IMG/VR virus record: IMGVR_UViG_3300044491_001439
Source: an uncultured virus (IMG/VR IMGVR_UViG_3300044491_001439)
Taxonomy: Duplodnaviria; Heunggongvirae; Uroviricota; Caudoviricetes; Kyanoviridae
Length of the DNA stretch: 20,000 bases
Strand: one strand, 5' to 3'
Shown here: positions 1 to 9,410 of the stretch, piece by piece
Position numbering within the stretch: position 1 is the first letter of the stretch
How the letters are laid out: every line of letters starts with the position of its first letter
The notes under the pieces: generated by a model
Databases searched by the model: none
What the model saw: only the letters and a program-made list of their open reading frames with translations
Told to the model about the DNA's origin: nothing
Made by a program: the position numbers and the translations under genes

Positions 1-1565
1 GTTGACGGGAAGAAGTTATCAGGAGTCTCTTCGCCAGGGAATTGATTTCCAGGTGGTTTAGAACCACCGGTAGGAATCTCCGGAGGATTCCAAGTAGGAA
101 CACCACCAACAAAAATAACTTTAGTTGGTTCCGGATCCAAATAATCTAAAGATTCTGGACAATTCAAACGCTCTCCAGTATCACCGTCTTCAATTTGACC
201 TATTAACTTATCAAGGAAATCTTCCTCGTCATCATCAGTACCACAATCATTACATTCTTTAGTGGATTCAGCACACTTTGAACTCGGTCCACTACAGTTG
301 ATGCCAAGGAAAGACATTACTTTTTGGATTGCTGATGATACTAGGTCAACAGAACCACCAATAAGAGATAAAATTTGTTGTATAGGTCCTAGAACTGTTG
401 ATATCAACCCATCAATCAACGACAAGATTTGATTAAGAATACCATCAATCAAGTTTTTGATTGCACATGCTGCTGGAGAGAAAATCTCCATAATGAAATC
501 AAATAATAAGTTCGTCAACCAACTTACTAACTTATCAATCAAATCCTCAATAGCACAACCTAATGCTTGCAAGATTTTATCGAGTACTTTCTTGATTCTT
601 TTTAAGATATTACCTTTAGGTTTAACAGTATCAAAATCTGATTTTGGATCTACAGGTACTTTTTCTTTCTGCTCTTCTGGTACGTTGAGACCCAGTGCTG
701 CTTTAACTAAAAATTCAATACCTTCACGAATTTTTCTAATGATTTCTGACTGAATCCTACCGACAAGACTTCTTACAAGTCTTGTAACTCTACCAATATG
801 ATAACGAGCAATCGCTACTTTATCATACAAGAATCCATTTACTTTACTGACATAAAAACTTCCAAGTTGACCACCAGATGCCTGGTTTGCTGCCAACATA
901 TCACCCACGATGTTAGTCAGTTGCTTGCCGAAGTTACTCTCCGTACCGCAAGTAGGGTTAGCGAGGGTAACACAAGTCTTCATTCCAATAGGGTTTGCTT
1001 CACTGTGCTTACCACGTAATGCAGCGATGATAGCGGGAGCACCATCCTCTAGATTAGCACGACAAGCATCAGGTTCACCACCATCACAATTCCCCCCAGT
1101 TTCTTCGTCTACACCACCTTGTCTATCTTGTGAACGATGTGTCTGTGATTTAGTTTTTGGATCTGTATAGGTAACTAATCCTTTACCTTCACCGGAGTCT
1201 TGTGGTTCATCAAGTTTTACTTCAGTCGCACCAGCAGTGTGACCAATCGATCCCATAATGATTGGCTTTTGCTTATCATTATCAAGGAAGAATCCGGTTA
1301 CCCAGTTACCTGCACGTAGTTCTACGGACGCACCCGTAACGCCACCGTCACTAAATGGTGTCGTAACCGGCAACATTACCTGTGCCCAAGGCAAATCCTT
1401 GGTAGGAGTAGCGTCCTTTAGGTTATGTCCTATAATTCTAACACGATACCTTCCAGACTCTTTTGGGTCATCAGTATTAGATGTTTCAACCTGACCAATC
1501 CACCAATGAAATCCATCTTCACCAACCTGGTGAGTCTGCATTAATGATGATAATACGGGATCCAT
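1..1565 (-). CDS. gp5: gp5-like baseplate hub/spike protein, N-terminal part (continues past the left window edge)
   Basis: Not in the ORF track. ATG at 1565 reads MDPVLSSLMQTHQVGEDGFHWWIGQVETSNTDDPKESGRYRVRIIGHNLKDATPTKDLPWAQVMLPVT...WVTGFFLDNDKQKPIIMGSI, matching the gp5 OB-fold motifs (WWIGQV, GRYRVRI.G, LPWA.V..P, GFFLD....P.I.G). A late promoter motif lies just upstream. Confidence 0.9.
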   Translation of the reverse strand, partial: MDPVLSSLMQTHQVGEDGFHWWIGQVETSNTDDPKESGRYRVRIIGHNLKDATPTKDLPWAQVMLPVTTPFSDGGVTGASVELRAGNWVTGFFLDNDKQKPIIMGSIGHTAGATEVKLDEPQDSGEGKGLVTYTDPKTKSQTHRSQDRQGGVDEETGGNCDGGEPDACRANLEDGAPAIIAALRGKHSEANPIGMKTCVTLANPTCGTESNFGKQLTNIVGDMLAANQASGGQLGSFYVSKVNGFLYDKVAIARYHIGRVTRLVRSLVGRIQSEIIRKIREGIEFLVKAALGLNVPEEQKEKVPVDPKSDFDTVKPKGNILKRIKKVLDKILQALGCAIEDLIDKLVSWLTNLLFDFIMEIFSPAACAIKNLIDGILNQILSLIDGLISTVLGPIQQILSLIGGSVDLVSSAIQKVMSFLGINCSGPSSKCAESTKECNDCGTDDDEEDFLDKLIGQIEDGDTGERLNCPESLDYLDPEPTKVIFVGGVPTWNPPEIPTGGSKPPGNQFPGEETPDNFFPS

Positions 1566-1585
1566 ATCAAACAGCAGTTACGTAT

Positions 1586-1592
1586 TATTTAT
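1586..1592 (-). promoter_or_regulatory. T4-type late promoter (ATAAATA) for gp5
   Basis: ATAAATA on the minus strand about 20 nt upstream of the gp5 ATG; resembles T4 TATAAATA. Confidence 0.7.
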
Positions 1593-3004
1593 TAGGCAGT
1601 TTCTGCCTTTGAATCTTCATCTCTTCGACCATAAGAATCACGAATCAACGTAAGATGGGTATTACCTTTAATATTCTTGAAATCATAAGCGTGATTCAGT
1701 TTAGAAATCAGATACACACCACTATGTTCTGGATCATATGGTTCTTCTTTTCTGTCAGGTGTGGCAATCATATTAGGAATAAAAATCTCAACTGTTTGTC
1801 CTACCTTGAGTTCAGGATGCAATGGAATAGTAATCTTTGCTTCTTGATTATTAATACTATTCATCCGAGAAATAGACTGGGAAATATAACTCTTCTGCCA
1901 GTCAGGGAACTCGGCAGCATTACTACCACCATCTTTTTTCTCTGGAGATGCGATTTCTTTTTCATTAAACCAAGTTTCATGATCAATCAATGCTGACATG
2001 ATTCTTGTTGGTTTAGATGCTAAATCAGATTGACCTTTCAACAAACCAGATTGAGAACCAAGATGACTCTGATCTTTAAACGAATCTTTTAATGAAAATG
2101 CAAACTCTTCATAAGAACCTGTGCTGTAGTTATAGAAACATACTACGGAAGAGAATGTTCCCATTCTCAACTTGGTGAGCATATCAATCTCTTGTTTAAA
2201 ATCAATAGATAAAATCTTATTTAATTTAGATTGTCCAAGTTCATTATTCTCTTGATAGAGTTGTATAACTGGAGGATTTTTCTCAAGAGAGTTTAATCTA
2301 TCAATAGAGTTAAAATTATATCCATCATAGTTCTCATAGAATAAGTATCCGGCACTGCCACTCATCTTACCGTAAGAACCAGAGTCTATGTCAGCAACAC
2401 CACCTTGTCCATCCGTTCCACCACCAGCACCACCGCCTGATGCAGTACTACTATTATTTGCATCTTGTGCTACTGTTTTTTGTAACAGTCCGCTGATGAT
2501 TGAAAAAGGAGTCTTCTTTCCTGGATGAAATCTAACTTTAAATAGTGTCGGATCTGTCTTAATTTCTTTCTCTGTAGATAAGTTTTCTTTCAACAAACTA
2601 CTAACAATAGCATCAGGTTTACCTGTCAGTAGTTTAGGTAATCTGATTGTCTCATTAATCAATGCCTCTTTGGATATCATACCAAGTTTGTATACTTGTA
2701 CTCTATCAGCACTGAATCTATCAAAGACTCTAAACACCTTAAAGTTATATACAATCTCTTCTTCATCTTGTCCTTCAAGAACAATCTCGATATCTTCATA
2801 CCCCTGAATAGGAAGACTTGCAATCAGGTTTCCACCAGAGTCAGAAATAACAGCAATAGCCTCAAGAGTAGGCATTGCGATATTCTCAAAGTAATAAAAG
2901 TTCTGCACCAAATCAGTGATGACTTTCTCATCACCACTGACAGAAGTAATAGTTACTTTCTTTGGTTTAAAACTAGAAGCGTATTGTAAATCTTCTTGTG
3001 CCAT
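1592..3004 (-). CDS. Baseplate hub structural protein, probably gp27/Mu gp44-like (470 aa)
   Basis: Directly upstream of gp5. Contains YFENI...IsDSG...LPIQGYE, GYLFYENYDGYNFNSID and C-terminal LKVGQTV...SGVYLISKLNHAY...TLIRDS, typical of contractile-tail hub proteins. Confidence 0.65.
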   Translation of the reverse strand: MAQEDLQYASSFKPKKVTITSVSGDEKVITDLVQNFYYFENIAMPTLEAIAVISDSGGNLIASLPIQGYEDIEIVLEGQDEEEIVYNFKVFRVFDRFSADRVQVYKLGMISKEALINETIRLPKLLTGKPDAIVSSLLKENLSTEKEIKTDPTLFKVRFHPGKKTPFSIISGLLQKTVAQDANNSSTASGGGAGGGTDGQGGVADIDSGSYGKMSGSAGYLFYENYDGYNFNSIDRLNSLEKNPPVIQLYQENNELGQSKLNKILSIDFKQEIDMLTKLRMGTFSSVVCFYNYSTGSYEEFAFSLKDSFKDQSHLGSQSGLLKGQSDLASKPTRIMSALIDHETWFNEKEIASPEKKDGGSNAAEFPDWQKSYISQSISRMNSINNQEAKITIPLHPELKVGQTVEIFIPNMIATPDRKEEPYDPEHSGVYLISKLNHAYDFKNIKGNTHLTLIRDSYGRRDEDSKAETA

Positions 3005-3005
3005 A

Positions 3006-5561
3006 TTATCCTACTAGTGGTGATGCAAACATGGATGTTAAATTATTAGTGTCACCCTCTTTAACAACAGTTTGTTGTGGTGTTGGAGGTTTATTCGTGC
3101 CTGCAGATTGTTGCTGCCCCGCAGAAGTATTTAACATAGCAACTTGAGTTGCACCCGACCCACCAGTATTTTTATCTGGTTTCTGTAGTGCTGCTTGTGT
3201 CTGACCAGGTGTTTCTGATGAAGTTGGAGAACTAATTGCTGATCGTCTTTTACCTTCTTTAATAAAAGATTTAACTACAGCAGCATTTTTACCATTGCTT
3301 GTATCAATAGGCATCTTATGGTAAAACAACGCAAAACCTTTAGTAGTTTTATATGCATTATGCATTTTGCCATTATGCATAAAGTGTATTCTATCTCCTG
3401 TCTTTGCTCCGAAGTTCTGGGTAATTAATTGTGAATCTGTAGGTATCATAGATTCCGGAGAATCTGTAGAATCTACGATATCGTCTTCTGTACTTGATGG
3501 GGGAGTTTGACCCATCTTACTAACAGTTTCATACCAGTCTCTACTTCTTTGTATCGAAATACCTTTATTATAAACAAAGTATTGATCTTTAAATAGTTTT
3601 CTTACCTTATCTTTTTCTGCATCGGTAAGATTTGGTTTCTTAAGTAAATCTAACAGTTCTGTATGCCCTCTGGCAGCAATTTCTTTAATCATCGCCGCTG
3701 CATTTGCGCGAAGACCTTCGTCTCCACTACCTTGAAGTCCTGCTACTGTTGGATCAATCCCCCTTGCTTTTAACTCATCCAACAATACTTTTTCCCGACC
3801 GCCTTGCCAACTAACAGCACCATATGCAGTCTTGCCGCCATCATCATGAGTACCAAGAATAAGAGATCTACTTAAACTATTCTCTCGTCCTATTTCTGCC
3901 AAGGCAAGTTTTGCACCTTCTTCAGATAATCCTTGTTTTTCAAACTCTGCTCCCATCACATCGGCCACTTCCTTTTGAGAAGCACTACCACCACTGCCGC
4001 CACCACCAGTAGTAGATCCACCACCGCCGCCTCCGCCGCCGCCACCGCCACCAGAAACTTTCTTTAACTTTTCAAATAAGTTACTAAAGAATCCTTTCTT
4101 CTTTGCTTCAGTTTTATCTTTATTTTTAGTATCAGAATCACCCTTACTACTCTTTTGTCCAGTTACTTTATTAGCAAGACTATTAGGCAACCCAAATACA
4201 TCAGCGATAGGTCTTGCTACCTTGGCAATTTCACCCGCAAAAGAATCACCCTCTGGTCCCAGTTGATTCATCAAGTTAGTGACGGATGATAGTATTGTAC
4301 CACCAGCAACCATCATAGGCAGTGACATTGCATCCATTAATGGTTGTGTCATAGCATCAGAACCACTACTAGATTTCGATGCCATACCAAGATTTAAATC
4401 AGTAAATCCTACCTTACCACCAAGGTTAGATGTTCCCTTCTCAAATGATTGTGGTTTAGATGACACTGCAGAAGTTTTGGGCGTCATAGCAGGAGTTTCT
4501 GGTACAGGTCTTACCTTACCATCCATCGCACTTGGTTCACCTTGAGTATAGTTGTTGTCTAATGGAACAACCATCTCATCGCCATGCAACTTGGCAAGAT
4601 AACCACTATCAGGACCAGAAACAATACCACCAGTCTCTGCTTCTGGCGGTTTGTTGGGGTCGTCAGCATCAGGTTCTTGTCTAGGTGTATCTGCTATATT
4701 ATCTGTATCTAAATCTGATTCTTCACCTTCATCTTCAGGAGTCATCACATTATCAACGACATTACTATCAGCAGCATTTTTAACTGCTGCTCCACCACTC
4801 ATTTTTTGAGCACCTTGTTTATCATCAGTGGTTTTCTTTTGTAATGCTGTCTGTGCATTAATAGCAGCAGCAATAGCATCTAACTTTGCTTCAATAGTAT
4901 CAGTTCTTTCACTCAATTGAGCAATAACATCAGTCTTGATTGCCTGTACGTCACTGGCAATATTCTTTGTCTCGCCAAGTGTATTATTGATAGACTGTGC
5001 AGTCTGTTCAAGTGATGATGCAATGGCACTTACTGCAGTAAGAATATCTTCTCGTGATACTCTACTCTTACCAGTTCCTGATGCTGATGATGCAGTTTCT
5101 TCTGCCGTATCAGGTATCATCTCTTCGGATGATTCTACCTTTTCAGGAGCTCTCTTGGCACTTACAAATGCATAGTTATCAAACTGTTCTCGAAATCTTT
5201 CAACTTCAGACAGTTTCTTTATCTCTTTACCGTCAGCGCCTCTATTGTCTACAAAGTTCCAGAACTGTGCCTTGGGATTCTTCAGCAGTTTGACACGATC
5301 AACTGTCTGTTGAATGTCTTGCTTCTTACCACTGATGTATGATCCACCGAACTTACTCTTCAGTGCTGCCTTGAAAAAGAATCCTTTTTCTACACCAAGT
5401 TCATCTAAACTATCATATCCTGCTTTCTTTGCCTTTTCTTCTGCTGCCTCTCGCTCTTCTCTGGCAAATTTACGCGCAGCAATAACCTTGGAGATCATTG
5501 CCCCAATATGGTCCTTTCCTGGTTGAGAAGTGTCGTTAAAGCCGACTGTTCCTGCTGCCAT
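3006..5561 (-). CDS. Tape-measure/hub-like virion protein with a phage tail lysozyme-like domain (851 aa)
   Basis: Coiled-coil region, an ETGG..LHGDEMVVP motif and a Gly-rich linker. These are followed by GLSEEGAKLALAEIGRENSL...AYGAVSWQGGR, which resembles Phage_lysozyme2 (catalytic E; G..QW...R). Confidence 0.7.
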   Translation of the reverse strand: MAAGTVGFNDTSQPGKDHIGAMISKVIAARKFAREEREAAEEKAKKAGYDSLDELGVEKGFFFKAALKSKFGGSYISGKKQDIQQTVDRVKLLKNPKAQFWNFVDNRGADGKEIKKLSEVERFREQFDNYAFVSAKRAPEKVESSEEMIPDTAEETASSASGTGKSRVSREDILTAVSAIASSLEQTAQSINNTLGETKNIASDVQAIKTDVIAQLSERTDTIEAKLDAIAAAINAQTALQKKTTDDKQGAQKMSGGAAVKNAADSNVVDNVMTPEDEGEESDLDTDNIADTPRQEPDADDPNKPPEAETGGIVSGPDSGYLAKLHGDEMVVPLDNNYTQGEPSAMDGKVRPVPETPAMTPKTSAVSSKPQSFEKGTSNLGGKVGFTDLNLGMASKSSSGSDAMTQPLMDAMSLPMMVAGGTILSSVTNLMNQLGPEGDSFAGEIAKVARPIADVFGLPNSLANKVTGQKSSKGDSDTKNKDKTEAKKKGFFSNLFEKLKKVSGGGGGGGGGGGGSTTGGGGSGGSASQKEVADVMGAEFEKQGLSEEGAKLALAEIGRENSLSRSLILGTHDDGGKTAYGAVSWQGGREKVLLDELKARGIDPTVAGLQGSGDEGLRANAAAMIKEIAARGHTELLDLLKKPNLTDAEKDKVRKLFKDQYFVYNKGISIQRSRDWYETVSKMGQTPPSSTEDDIVDSTDSPESMIPTDSQLITQNFGAKTGDRIHFMHNGKMHNAYKTTKGFALFYHKMPIDTSNGKNAAVVKSFIKEGKRRSAISSPTSSETPGQTQAALQKPDKNTGGSGATQVAMLNTSAGQQQSAGTNKPPTPQQTVVKEGDTNNLTSMFASPLVG

Positions 5562-5581
5562 TAGTTATGCCTCTATGCCTT

Positions 5582-5588
5582 TATTTAT
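5582..5588 (-). promoter_or_regulatory. T4-type late promoter (ATAAATA)
   Basis: ATAAATA in the short intergenic gap, about 20 nt upstream of the ATG at 5561. Confidence 0.7.
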
Positions 5589-5590
5589 TT

Positions 5591-8407
5591 TCAAGCAAAT
5601 AGTTTTTGCATCAGTAAAGTTTTTGATGCTGATGTAGTAGGTTTTCTTGTTACTATAGTACCACCACCACCCATAGGCATCGGTGCCATAGGTGGTGTAT
5701 TATTTACCACAATAATCTGTTGTCCCATCCCACCCTCTTCATCATCATCATACATAAGAACTTCAGGAGCATATGCTCTAGTGGCAGCAATCACCTCATC
5801 TGTTGACTGTGCTGCGTTAAATGCATCAAGCATATCAGATACTGGTTTAAAAGAAGCAACCAGGTTTTTCATAACCTTTTCTTTTCCTCTATCACCAACG
5901 ACAATCTGTGTTGGTACTGATGGAGTATCCCCACCTTCACCATATACTACACTGTCTTCTTGTGGTGCTTGCTTACCATTTTCATCATACAGTCCATGTG
6001 CTACAAATGCATTTGAACCAGAAACTTTAGCAGTTACACCAAAACCTCCAGTACGATACTTAAGACCTTCAGTTTTTAATGGGAAAGGAACTTTTGCTCC
6101 AGGATATGATGCACCACCAATCTGCAAGTCAATACCACCTTGTGACCCACGACCAGAACTATGTACCTCCTGTCCTCGTTTTACTTTCTCTTTGATAATC
6201 GCTGGGGTATCAGATTCTTTAACAGTGTACCCCAATCTACCAATGTAGATACTCTTTTTACCTTGGAAATGCTTAACTACTTTTTCTGCTACTGCTCTTG
6301 CATCAGCATTACCAGCTGAAGAGGTAATATTTCCATCTTGATAACTACCAGGACCAATATGATAATGTATGCCACCAGACGCTCCAGAGTTGCCCTGAAT
6401 AAACTTACCATTTCCTCCAAATTTACCACCATTACCATCATCATCATTAACGTCAACTTCGGGTGGCATTCTTATGCCAAATAACTTTAGCATACCACCA
6501 AAGAATCCGGTCACCCCACCCTTCATTTTATCGAGCATTTTTTCTTCTGCTATTCCACCTTCAGGTCCAAACTCATCTGGATTTATATTCTCTTCATCAT
6601 CACTCTTCTTTTTAGCATCTTTTATCGTAGTATCAATACCAGCAAATGATCCACCAACATTTGTCTGTGCGAGTGTTGCAGGTACATCAAAGAACTTTGT
6701 CAATGCGTTGGCAGATTGCTTAAACATAGGAGCAACTAAAGATGCTGCTGGTCCTGCTTGTGTCAAGAAGTTAGCAGATGCTCCAATCAATGCTCCACCA
6801 ATAGGCGACAGTGCGTTGCCTGTCATATCTTGATTCTTTGTACCAGATTCATACCGATCTGCAGGAATAATTGCTTCAGTACCATGTAATACTGCAGGTC
6901 CAGGTTTTGTTAAACCACCAGTTTCTTTCTGTTGTGGGGTTTCTTGTTTTTTAGGTGTAGAACCACCCCCGCCAGTCAGTGCATCATACAAGAATCCACC
7001 CACCATATCTCCAAGAACACCACCAATAACAGTTCCAACAAATGGAATGGGGATGAACGTTCCTAAAACTCCACCAAGAGTAGCACCCACTGCTTTTGCT
7101 GCTGCTCTACCTACAGGTTCTCCTAACATCAGTGAGACAGCAAAATCAATCAATCCACCAAAGATAGGGATGCGTTTTATAATAGGACGCATCAATCCTA
7201 ATGCTGCTTTCTTAACAAATGCTTGAGTTGCTTTAACAGCACCTGCTTGGGCTAATTTCTTACCTCCTATCTGTAATGCACTTCTAGTTACAACTCTTTG
7301 AGCACCACGTCTACCAGCATCAGCACTAATACCAAGTGCTTTTTTTGTTACAGATTGTATAAGTTTTTTAGGAGCAAATTTTGCTAACTTATTTCTAAAA
7401 AGTCTAACAATCGCTCGTACTTTTTTAGGAGCAAATTTTTTCCATAGTTTACCAAGAGCTTTCTTAATCCACCCAGTAATATAACCAGGTGATCCCGCTT
7501 TTCTAGGATCAAAACCTTTTATATCTTCTGTTCCTGCAGCATCAATAACATCGTCTTGTTCATCAATAGCAGCATCAATTTCTGCATCATCAAGTTCTTT
7601 TTTCTTTAATGCGGTCTGTGCTTCAAATGCTTCTAGAATACCATCGAATCTATCATTAAGACCATCATGACTGGTCTCAATCTGATTAAGATTGCTTACA
7701 GTGGTCCCTAACGCAGCACCAATAAGAGCATTCTGCTTTTTCAGTTCATTATCAATACTACCAAGTTGTCCTTGGATTTTTTGTAATGATCCAACAAGTG
7801 TTGATAAAATCTTGGTGTTTGATACCCCAGTAGATTTCTTTGTCTTTTGATAATCTGTTCCTTGCTTTTGATTTACTGCATCGATAAATGATTGCGGTAA
7901 AATATCTGTAATGTCTGATATATCGCCCGTTTCTTCCGATACATCTGCTTCTTCTATTACTTCGTCTACTACCTCAACTGCTTCTTCAATGTTCTCTTTT
8001 ACTTCTTCTTCTGCTTCCTCTACAATCTCTTCTGCTTCTTCTTCTACTTCTTCTTCTTTCTTTTCTTCAGCAACAGATGTATCAGTAAATCCTTCCGTAC
8101 CAGCCGTTTTTAAATATCTCTCAACAATCCATTCTTGATATGTTCTCTCATCCTGACCACTGGTACTACCAGTCTCAAACATAGGATATCCATCGATATC
8201 CTTCTTCATATTCTTGATAATTATATCAGCATCTTTATCGGAGAGTTTCTTCTCCAACATAGAAAAGTAACTGGTGCCACTATCATCCGTGCCGCCAGTT
8301 AACTTTGCTTTTAATCTATCAAAGATGCGATCCTTCTGTCCACCACCAGGCACACCTTTCCTATACCATCTTACGATATCTTTTGGTGCTGGGGTGTTGA
8401 AGTTCAT
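5591..8407 (-). CDS. Tape-measure/hub-like virion protein with an M23-peptidase-like domain (938 aa)
   Basis: Acidic region, coiled coil and a glycine-zipper hydrophobic segment (GATLGGVLGTFIPIPFVGTVIGGVLG). Also an ETGG..LHGTEAIIP motif and the M23-like motifs GNSGASGGIHYH, H...GGIDL and GGFG...AHG. Confidence 0.7.
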   Translation of the reverse strand: MNFNTPAPKDIVRWYRKGVPGGGQKDRIFDRLKAKLTGGTDDSGTSYFSMLEKKLSDKDADIIIKNMKKDIDGYPMFETGSTSGQDERTYQEWIVERYLKTAGTEGFTDTSVAEEKKEEEVEEEAEEIVEEAEEEVKENIEEAVEVVDEVIEEADVSEETGDISDITDILPQSFIDAVNQKQGTDYQKTKKSTGVSNTKILSTLVGSLQKIQGQLGSIDNELKKQNALIGAALGTTVSNLNQIETSHDGLNDRFDGILEAFEAQTALKKKELDDAEIDAAIDEQDDVIDAAGTEDIKGFDPRKAGSPGYITGWIKKALGKLWKKFAPKKVRAIVRLFRNKLAKFAPKKLIQSVTKKALGISADAGRRGAQRVVTRSALQIGGKKLAQAGAVKATQAFVKKAALGLMRPIIKRIPIFGGLIDFAVSLMLGEPVGRAAAKAVGATLGGVLGTFIPIPFVGTVIGGVLGDMVGGFLYDALTGGGGSTPKKQETPQQKETGGLTKPGPAVLHGTEAIIPADRYESGTKNQDMTGNALSPIGGALIGASANFLTQAGPAASLVAPMFKQSANALTKFFDVPATLAQTNVGGSFAGIDTTIKDAKKKSDDEENINPDEFGPEGGIAEEKMLDKMKGGVTGFFGGMLKLFGIRMPPEVDVNDDDGNGGKFGGNGKFIQGNSGASGGIHYHIGPGSYQDGNITSSAGNADARAVAEKVVKHFQGKKSIYIGRLGYTVKESDTPAIIKEKVKRGQEVHSSGRGSQGGIDLQIGGASYPGAKVPFPLKTEGLKYRTGGFGVTAKVSGSNAFVAHGLYDENGKQAPQEDSVVYGEGGDTPSVPTQIVVGDRGKEKVMKNLVASFKPVSDMLDAFNAAQSTDEVIAATRAYAPEVLMYDDDEEGGMGQQIIVVNNTPPMAPMPMGGGGTIVTRKPTTSASKTLLMQKLFA

Positions 8408-8601
8408 CTACGAGCCTTTGCTTCCTCTGCTTTTTTCTTTTCCTCTTGAATATGTTGAATTAGAAGAGCAGTATAAACTTCTCTTTCCCACGGCATGAGG
8501 TGTTCAATCTCCGTCAAAGAGTATTTATGGTACTGCATCAAAGCAAAGTTAGTTTTGTAATAGCCCTCCAAACTATTCTGGAAGACCGCTATGCGAAAAA
8601 A
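8404..8601 (-). CDS. gp51: gp51-like baseplate hub assembly reading frame (possibly reached by -1 frameshift from gp26; internal TTG at 8571 and ATG at 8538)
   Basis: Not in the ORF track. The frame reads FFRIAVFQNSLEGYYKTNFALMQYHKYSLTEIEHLMPWEREVYTALLIQHIQEEKKKAEEAKARR*, with the YY.TNF.LMQ.HKYSL.EIE..MPWER..Y motif of T4-like gp51. Its stop overlaps the next start (ATGA). Confidence 0.8.
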   Translation of the reverse strand, partial: FFRIAVFQNSLEGYYKTNFALMQYHKYSLTEIEHLMPWEREVYTALLIQHIQEEKKKAEEAKARR

Positions 8602-9302
8602 CTTTGCAATCCCTCAATAGTATACTCACATTCATTACCAGTATTAGGATTCAACACCTTAAATGTGTGTAGTAAGCGAGGCATAGTCTCATAAAAGTTT
8701 TGAATTGCTTCAAACTGTTTGCTGGTCAACCCCTCAACAAACTCACGAAACTCTTTCTTTGTGGTAGTTGTAGAATCATATACATCTTCACCATCAAAAA
8801 TTTGCTCAATATGTTCAGCAATAAAGTTGAAAATATGCTCTGGATCTAAATCTTTGTTGAGAAACTGCGATTCAATAAATCTATCCATACTTGGATAATT
8901 GAGCATAATCCCCATATCGTCTGTAAGCATAATCTTTCTACTATGCTTATCATCTTTCTTTACCTCAACCTCATCAATATTGATTGATGCTTTTGCTTGA
9001 GTTTCGTTATCATCAGTACAAGTTACCGTCATTTCGATAACTTCACCGACAGCAGCAGCACGAATCTTAAGAAATAGGTACTCCAGATCGAATGATGGTA
9101 GTTGATCAACTTTTACTCTAGATAATACACATGCTCGCAATGTGTTTTTTACAGCAGTAATTACTTCTTTCTCATTATCAGATTCTAATGCTAAAAGTAG
9201 TACTTTTTCTTCTTTAACAAGAAATGGTCTATATTTTACAGTTTTCCCGGTAGAAGGCAACGTAAGTTCATACGTAGGTACGCCAAGTTTAGGTAATGCC
9301 AT
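8589..9302 (-). CDS. gp26: Baseplate hub subunit/assembly protein gp26 (237 aa)
   Basis: MALPK...YELTLPSTGK.VKYRPFLVKEEK.LL.A, FDLEY.FL.IRA..VGE and C-terminal EGLQSFF. Confidence 0.92.
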   Translation of the reverse strand: MALPKLGVPTYELTLPSTGKTVKYRPFLVKEEKVLLLALESDNEKEVITAVKNTLRACVLSRVKVDQLPSFDLEYLFLKIRAAAVGEVIEMTVTCTDDNETQAKASINIDEVEVKKDDKHSRKIMLTDDMGIMLNYPSMDRFIESQFLNKDLDPEHIFNFIAEHIEQIFDGEDVYDSTTTTKKEFREFVEGLTSKQFEAIQNFYETMPRLLHTFKVLNPNTGNECEYTIEGLQSFFA

Positions 9303-9324
9303 TGATATGTGAGTTCAAATCGTA

Positions 9325-9335
9325 TATTTATTTAG
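9325..9335 (-). promoter_or_regulatory. Late promoter (CTAAATAAATA, two overlapping copies) for gp26
   Basis: Motif about 23 nt upstream of the gp26 ATG. Confidence 0.7.
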
Positions 9336-9410
9336 TTCGACTTTTTGAGTCAATTTTTGGTGGCGATTTTTTTTCGACTTTTTTGTAACTGAAAAGTCAA
9401 ATTTGCCTTA

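Noticed and set aside
3988..4054. GC-rich CCG/CCA triplet run
   Set aside because: It encodes a poly-Gly linker in the 851-aa protein and is not an independent element.
457..8694. Many short plus-strand ORFs in the track (e.g. 457-753, 1655-1996, 4279-4545, 5781-6248, 7911-8138)
   Set aside because: They are antisense shadows of long, well-supported minus-strand genes, with no motifs or expression signals.
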